Below, piece by piece: positions 57,613 through 62,423 of a stretch of DNA of 62,423 nt. Source of the DNA: Candidatus Latescibacterota bacterium (GTDB taxonomy: Bacteria; Latescibacterota; UBA2968; UBA8231). The stretch's first letter is position 1. Each line of letters begins with the position of its first letter. Location of the stretch: the NCBI GenBank assembly GCA_009691525.1, contig SICG01000002.1:1-62423 (forward strand), given 5' to 3'. A program made the translations under genes and the position numbers. The notes beneath the pieces were generated by a model that saw only the letters and a list, made by a program, of their open reading frames with translations, ran no database searches and was not told the origin of the DNA.

Positions 57613-57703
57613 GGGGGTTTGCTCGGGATGGGGGAGGGGAAGCCGGCCAAAAACAGCCTCAAAATACCGACTGGAGGACGATCTGGCAAGGAGGCAGACT
57701 GGA

Positions 57704-58657
57704 ATGGCCGAGGGTGCGAGCGGGGTAAGGATCGGTGGGGTGGAGCTGCAACTGAGCCCGCCGGTGACCGCTGACCAGGAGTGGATAGGCCAACCCGAGG
57801 TCCTCAGGGAGTTGCTGGCCTGCTGGCTGGTGGTGGATGCCCGGGACCTGCCGCTCTCGCCGCGATTGGTAGGGCCGCCGGGCATCGGCAAGACCACCCT
57901 GGGCATGGCTGCGGCGCGGCGGCGGCAGCAGGCGCTCTATATCTACCAGTGCACCAGCGACACCCGGCCCGAGGACCTGTTGGTCACCCCGGTGCTGGCC
58001 GAGTCGGGTCGTATCGCCTACCACGCCTCTCCCCTGGTCTCGGCGGTGTTGCAGGGGGGCATCTGCGTGTTGGACGAGGGCAATCGCATGAACGAAAAGA
58101 GCTGGGCCTCGCTGGCACCCCTGCTCGACCACCGGCGCTACGTCGAGTCGGTGATCGCCGGCATCACCATTCCGGCCCACCCCGAATTCCGCTGCTGCGT
58201 CACCATGAACGACGACGAGTCCACCTACGAGGTGCCCGACTACATGCTCTCGCGCCTGCAACCCACCCTGGAGGTGGGTTTCCCCAGCCGCGCCGACGAG
58301 TTGGCCATCCTGCGCTACCATCTGCCCTTTGCCGAGTCCCAGATCCTCGAGATGACCGTCGGCTTCCTCCAGCGCTCCCACGCCCTGGATCTGGAATTCT
58401 CGCCCCGCGACGGCATCCACATCGTCCGCTACGCGCTCAAACGCCTGGCTCAGGAAGAGGGGCACCCCCTGGCCACCGACCAAGCCTGGAAGGAGGCGGT
58501 GGAAAGGGTCCTGGGTCCCGACGCCCTCGACCTGGAGCGCATCGCCCAGGAGCGCCGCTTTGCCCTGGGGGATACCCCCGAGCCCAGGGGTATGGAAGAT
58601 TTCTTCTTCGAGGAGGACGACCCGCTGCGTCCTGGGCGGGACGATGAAGTCCTCTGA
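57704..58657 (+). CDS. AAA+ ATPase, AAA_5 / MoxR-CbbQ-NorQ-GvpN type
   Basis: ATG at 57704 lies 9 nt after AAGGAGG. 317 aa: Walker [11 protein letters not shown], Walker [30 protein letters not shown]. Confidence 0.8.
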   Translation: MAEGASGVRIGGVELQLSPPVTADQEWIGQPEVLRELLACWLVVDARDLPLSPRLVGPPGIGKTTLGMAAARRRQQALYIYQCTSDTRPEDLLVTPVLAESGRIAYHASPLVSAVLQGGICVLDEGNRMNEKSWASLAPLLDHRRYVESVIAGITIPAHPEFRCCVTMNDDESTYEVPDYMLSRLQPTLEVGFPSRADELAILRYHLPFAESQILEMTVGFLQRSHALDLEFSPRDGIHIVRYALKRLAQEEGHPLATDQAWKEAVERVLGPDALDLERIAQERRFALGDTPEPRGMEDFFFEEDDPLRPGRDDEVL

Positions 58658-58672
58658 GCTGAGGCTCCGCCG

Positions 58673-60508
58673 GTGAACTCCATTTTTGAATTGAGCCCGC
58701 ACCTGTGGGTACTGCCGGTGGTCTACGGCAGCGGCGACTTTGCCCTGGAGGTGCGCCGCCGTCTGCGCGACCAGCCCTGCGACTGCCTGGCCCTGCCCCT
58801 GCCGCCCTCCTTCGCCAATGCGGTCGAGCGCGGGGTCGAGCTGCTGCCCCAGATCTCGGTGGCCCTGCAGGCCGAACCCGACCTCGAAGGTGCCTATAGC
58901 CTGGTGCCCATCGATCCCTGCCAAGGCGTGATCGCCGCCCTGCGGCACGCCCTGGAACTGGGCATCGAGCGGGCCTATGTGGACCTCGAGGTCGCCGCCT
59001 ACGAAGTCCCAGAAGTGCCCCTGCCCGATCCGTACGCCCTCAAGCAGCTCTCCCTGGAGAAATACCTGGCCGCGCTGCTGCCTTCCCTACCGGCCCCAGC
59101 CGAACAGAGCCAGCGCCTGGAACGCATCCGCTACATGGCCTACCAGCTCCACTGCCTCGAACTGGAGTACCAGCGCATCGTCTTTGTCTGCTCGGCGGCC
59201 GACTGGCCCTGGATCCGCCAGGCCTACCAGGCCCGCGCCCCGTACGTGCAGCCCTATCCGGCGCCCGGCCTGGTGCAGCTGTGCCGGGTGGCCGAGGAAA
59301 GTGTGTACTTTGCCCTGGGTGAACTGCCCTTCCTCACCCACCTCTACGAGCACCGGCGCGCCGAACTGATGGGGGAGAGTTCGCTGGGGGTGGACGGGAT
59401 CAAGGCCCTGCTGCTGGAGGCCCGGGATGCCTGGATCTACGAGCAGGACCTGGACACCCACTGGCTGACCCCCCAGTGTTTGGGCCTATTGCTCAAATAC
59501 GTGCGCAATCTCACCCTCATGGAGGGCCGGTTGGCTCCCGACCTCTACAACCTGGGCCTGGCGGCTAAGCAGGTGGTGGGAGACGATTTTGCCCTGGCCC
59601 TCATCGAGGTGGCCCGCGAGTACCCGCCTCAGCGTATGCCCTCGCCGCTGGAGGATCTGCGCCTGGGCATGGGGAAACTGGTTGATCTGGACGGGCAGGT
59701 GCGCCCCTTCAGGGATCGCCTGCAGGGGGCACCGCGCCACTGGCGCTCCCTGCCGCTGCGGCCGCAGCCGCCTCGTCCCGACCAGGAGGGGTGGGCGGCG
59801 CAGTGGGACCCCTATGGGCACTGTTCCTATCCGCCCGAGGACCGGCGCATCGAGAGCTTTCAGCAACACGTGCGGGCCCAGGCCCGGGTGCTGCTGGGGG
59901 AGCAGCAGGCGCGGGTGGAAAAGTTCACCGCCTCGCTCAAGGACGGGCTGGATATGCGCGAGACCCTGCGCAACTGGCACCGGGGCGGGCTCTATGTGCG
60001 CGAGATCCCCCCGTCGCGGGGCCAGATCGAGATTGCCGTCTTCCTCTTCGACAGCCCGGCCCAGGCCGAACGCTACACCTGGCGCACCACCTGGTACGCC
60101 GAGCACGCGGAGGAGTCCACCCTCTGTTTTTACGCCACCCCCTTCCTCGATAATATGGTCGGGCCGGGCATCGGTCAGTCCCAGTACGGGGGCTGCTTCT
60201 TTCTTTTTCCGCCCCGGCCCATCCCCGATGTCTGGACCGACAGTCGTTTCGATTTCACCCGCACCCTGGAGGAACGGCTGCTGGCCGGCGCCCTCTTCCA
60301 CTCCGCCGAGCCGCGCATAGCCCTGGTGGCCCCCCATCCGCCCCAGGCGTCGTGGCGGCAGCTGGCCCGCCGGCTGGGGCGGCAGATCGTCTACATCCCG
60401 CTCAAGCGTTTCTCGCCTTCCACGGTAGACCGGCTGCGCCGTTTCCACGTGCTCAACGACAAACAGGTGCGCTCCTTCGCGGCGCGTTTTATCCGGGATT
60501 TGCGCTAG
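58673..60508 (+). CDS. Large (611-aa) uncharacterised partner of the AAA+ ATPase
   Basis: GTG at 58673, 15 nt after the ATPase stop, with GAGG upstream. Strong third-position GC bias throughout. No TM, signal peptide, VWA/MIDAS or catalytic motif that I could recognise. Confidence 0.7.
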   Translation: MNSIFELSPHLWVLPVVYGSGDFALEVRRRLRDQPCDCLALPLPPSFANAVERGVELLPQISVALQAEPDLEGAYSLVPIDPCQGVIAALRHALELGIERAYVDLEVAAYEVPEVPLPDPYALKQLSLEKYLAALLPSLPAPAEQSQRLERIRYMAYQLHCLELEYQRIVFVCSAADWPWIRQAYQARAPYVQPYPAPGLVQLCRVAEESVYFALGELPFLTHLYEHRRAELMGESSLGVDGIKALLLEARDAWIYEQDLDTHWLTPQCLGLLLKYVRNLTLMEGRLAPDLYNLGLAAKQVVGDDFALALIEVAREYPPQRMPSPLEDLRLGMGKLVDLDGQVRPFRDRLQGAPRHWRSLPLRPQPPRPDQEGWAAQWDPYGHCSYPPEDRRIESFQQHVRAQARVLLGEQQARVEKFTASLKDGLDMRETLRNWHRGGLYVREIPPSRGQIEIAVFLFDSPAQAERYTWRTTWYAEHAEESTLCFYATPFLDNMVGPGIGQSQYGGCFFLFPPRPIPDVWTDSRFDFTRTLEERLLAGALFHSAEPRIALVAPHPPQASWRQLARRLGRQIVYIPLKRFSPSTVDRLRRFHVLNDKQVRSFAARFIRDLR

Positions 60509-60517
60509 CTGAAGAAG

Positions 60518-60712
60518 GCGTCGGGGAATGGCCCATTCCGACTTTTCCCCAGGCGCGTCCCGCAGCACCCAACGTATGGGGTGCTGCGTAGCACTTGTTG
60601 CACTCCCCCAAGACCCTTCCTCCGCAACGCCCCATACGTTGGGGCGTTGCGCCACGCGGACTTCCCTTCCCGGCCACTCCCCGGGAAAAGTCTCCAGGGT
60701 CCTCTCCCCGCC
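60518..60712 (+). repeat. Structured intergenic repeat, copy B (two hairpin cassettes)
   Basis: Left arm GCGTCGGGGAATGGCCCATTCCGACTTTTCCCC. Hairpins at 60561-60588 and 60623-60651. Right arm GACTTCCCTTCCCGGCCACTCCCCGGGAAAAGTCTCCAGGGTCCTCTCCCCGCCG. Confidence 0.75.
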
Positions 60713-60887
60713 GTTCTTGCTGCGCCCCTTCATCCACCATCACGCTGAATACCGCTCCCGGCCATTTCCAGGTCCCTGGCGGGATATCAACCCAAAACGG
60801 TCAGTCTGACGGCCTCCGCTTGACAGGCCTTGGGTGATTTTCCACCTTTCACCTCTAAACGTCCCACCCCTCGCCGAAAGGACCTGC

Positions 60888-61715
60888 GTGCGCATCGTCG
60901 ATCCCCACGTCCATATCTGGAAAAACGACCCCGCTTATCCCTGGGCTGTCGAGACTACCAGCCCTCCCACCGACGATTTCACCCCGGAGATGCTGCTCGA
61001 GGCGATGGCAGCCGGTGGGGTGGAAAAGACGGTGTTGGTGCAGGTGATCTACTACCGTTGGGACAACAGCTATGTGGCCGATGCCATCGCCCGTTATCCC
61101 GACAAGTTCATGGCCGTGGGCCGGGTCAACCCCCTCGATCCGGCGGCGCCCGACCATCTGAGTCGCTGGGTGGAGGACAAGGGCCTCCACGGGGTGCGCC
61201 TGAGTCCTTCCACCGATGCTTCGGGCGACTGGTTCAGGGGGCCACTCATGCCGCCCATCCTGGCCAGGGCCCAGGCGCTCAAGGTGCCCTTCCTGCTGCT
61301 GACCGGACCCTCCCGCCTGGCCGATCTGGTGCCTCTGCTCGACCAGCACCCCGACCTCGATGTGGTCATCGACCACATGGCCGACTGCCGGCCCGAGGAC
61401 CAGGAGGGCCGCCGGCTGCTCATGGCATTAGCCCGCTATCCCAGGGTACACGTCAAGATCAGCCATACCTGGTCCCTCTCGGGGCAGGCCTATCCGTGGC
61501 CGGACACCCATGGCCTAGTGGAGGAGGTGTACCAGCATTTTGGGGCGCAGCGCATCATGTGGGGCACAGACTGGCCCATGTGCTTGGCCAAGGCCCCTTA
61601 TTCCCAGCCGCTTTCGGTAGTGCGCGACGAGATGAAGTTCATCGCCCCTCAGGATCTCGAGTGGGTGCTGGGCAAGACGGCCCTGAAGCTCTGGCCCTTC
61701 GCCAGCAGGAGATAA
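60888..61715 (+). CDS. Amidohydrolase_2-family lactonase-like protein (L-fucono/rhamnono-lactonase type)
   Basis: The track ORF starts at GTG 60834. I prefer GTG 60888 (VRIVDPHVHIW; AAAGGA lies 5 nt upstream). HxH, VLVQV, HGVRLSP, IDHMA, GTDWP. Confidence 0.7.
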   Translation: MRIVDPHVHIWKNDPAYPWAVETTSPPTDDFTPEMLLEAMAAGGVEKTVLVQVIYYRWDNSYVADAIARYPDKFMAVGRVNPLDPAAPDHLSRWVEDKGLHGVRLSPSTDASGDWFRGPLMPPILARAQALKVPFLLLTGPSRLADLVPLLDQHPDLDVVIDHMADCRPEDQEGRRLLMALARYPRVHVKISHTWSLSGQAYPWPDTHGLVEEVYQHFGAQRIMWGTDWPMCLAKAPYSQPLSVVRDEMKFIAPQDLEWVLGKTALKLWPFASRR

Positions 61716-61719
61716 TTGC

Positions 61720-62423
61720 GTGAGGATCGGTATTGTCGGCGCTGAAAACAGCCACACCGTGGCTATCGCCAAGGTGGTCAATGTGGAAAAGCGCATCCGC
61801 GGCGCCCAGGTCACCCACGTGTGGGGCGAAACCCGGGCCTTTGCCCTCGAGGCCGCCGAAGCCGGCCAGATCCCCCAGATCGTCAAGCACCCCGCCGAGA
61901 TGATCGGCCAGGTGGACGGGGTGGTGGTGGATCACCGGCACGGCAAGTTACACTTGCCGGCGGCCTGGCCGCTGCTGGAGGCGCGTATCCCGCTCTTCAT
62001 CGACAAACCCTTCGCTTACCGCCTCGCCCAGGGCCGGCGCTTCCTGGCCCGGGCCGCCCAGCTCGAGGTGCCGGTCTGTTCCTTCTCCACCCTGCCCAAG
62101 CAGGAGTCCTTCCGGACCTTGCAGAAGGAGGCGCGCCAGTTGGGGCGGATCGACGCCGTGATCACCTCGGGCCCCTGCGATATCAAGTCCAAGTGGGGGG
62201 GGATCTTCTTTTACGGCATCCACCAGGTGGATATGATCCTGCGTTTGCTGGGTTATCAGGTGGGCCATGCCCAGGTGGTCAAGGGCGCTGGCAAGAACCA
62301 CGAGGGTGTGCTCAGCTTTGCCGGCGGGGCCTTGGGGGTGATGAACCTGATCGGCGCCGGCGGGGCCCAGTTCCACGTCAGCGTGATCGGCGAAAAGGGT
62401 CGCCTCGACCGGGCCATTACCTA
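61720..62423 (+). CDS. Gfo/Idh/MocA-like oxidoreductase, partial (runs off window)
   Basis: GTG at 61720. My translation is VRIGIVGAENSHTVAIAKVVN...PLFIDKPFAY...GGIFFYGIHQVDMILRLLG. No stop before the window end. Confidence 0.6.
   Translation, partial: MRIGIVGAENSHTVAIAKVVNVEKRIRGAQVTHVWGETRAFALEAAEAGQIPQIVKHPAEMIGQVDGVVVDHRHGKLHLPAAWPLLEARIPLFIDKPFAYRLAQGRRFLARAAQLEVPVCSFSTLPKQESFRTLQKEARQLGRIDAVITSGPCDIKSKWGGIFFYGIHQVDMILRLLGYQVGHAQVVKGAGKNHEGVLSFAGGALGVMNLIGAGGAQFHVSVIGEKGRLDRAIT

Noticed and set aside
60820-60848. TTGACA at 60820-60825 as a promoter for the amidohydrolase_2 gene.
   Set aside because: No acceptable -10 hexamer lies at 16-19 nt spacing (the sequence there is CACCTT/ACCTTT). 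Left unreported as a feature.

Overview
High-GC bacterial chromosomal segment, densely coding. I support about 55 protein genes. I saw no rRNA, tRNA or CRISPR array. All calls come from reading the six-frame track and recalling family motifs; no database search was run.

Content is dominated by carbohydrate, sugar-acid and amino-acid catabolism:
- A GH29-like/GH32 fusion, plus GH20 and GH127-like hydrolases.
- Two enolase-superfamily dehydratases, UxuA, SMP-30 and amidohydrolase_2 lactonases, an HpcH aldolase, and several Gfo/Idh/MocA, SDR and AKR oxidoreductases.
- A CUT1-type sugar ABC importer with two ATPases.
- A D-aminoacylase / Ldh_2 / MATE operon.
- Housekeeping genes: kup, ettA, an RNB-domain RNase and an M42 peptidase.

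Non-routine items:
1. A two-gene module at 57704-60508: a MoxR/CbbQ-type AAA+ ATPase plus a 611-aa partner with no recognisable domain. This is my best candidate for an undescribed system.
2. A dispersed, structured intergenic repeat family with five copies. It has inverted-repeat arms, optional hairpin cassettes and compensatory stem changes.
3. Two type II toxin-antitoxin pairs (hicBA, vapBC). In both, the toxin reading frame is broken by a 1-nt frameshift within the first few codons.
4. Two decay zones: an IS3-family transposase remnant abutting a frameshifted histidine-kinase pseudogene next to kup, and a cysK 3' tail next to a truncated ORF.
5. Several unusual operon combinations and a GH32 module with substituted catalytic motifs.
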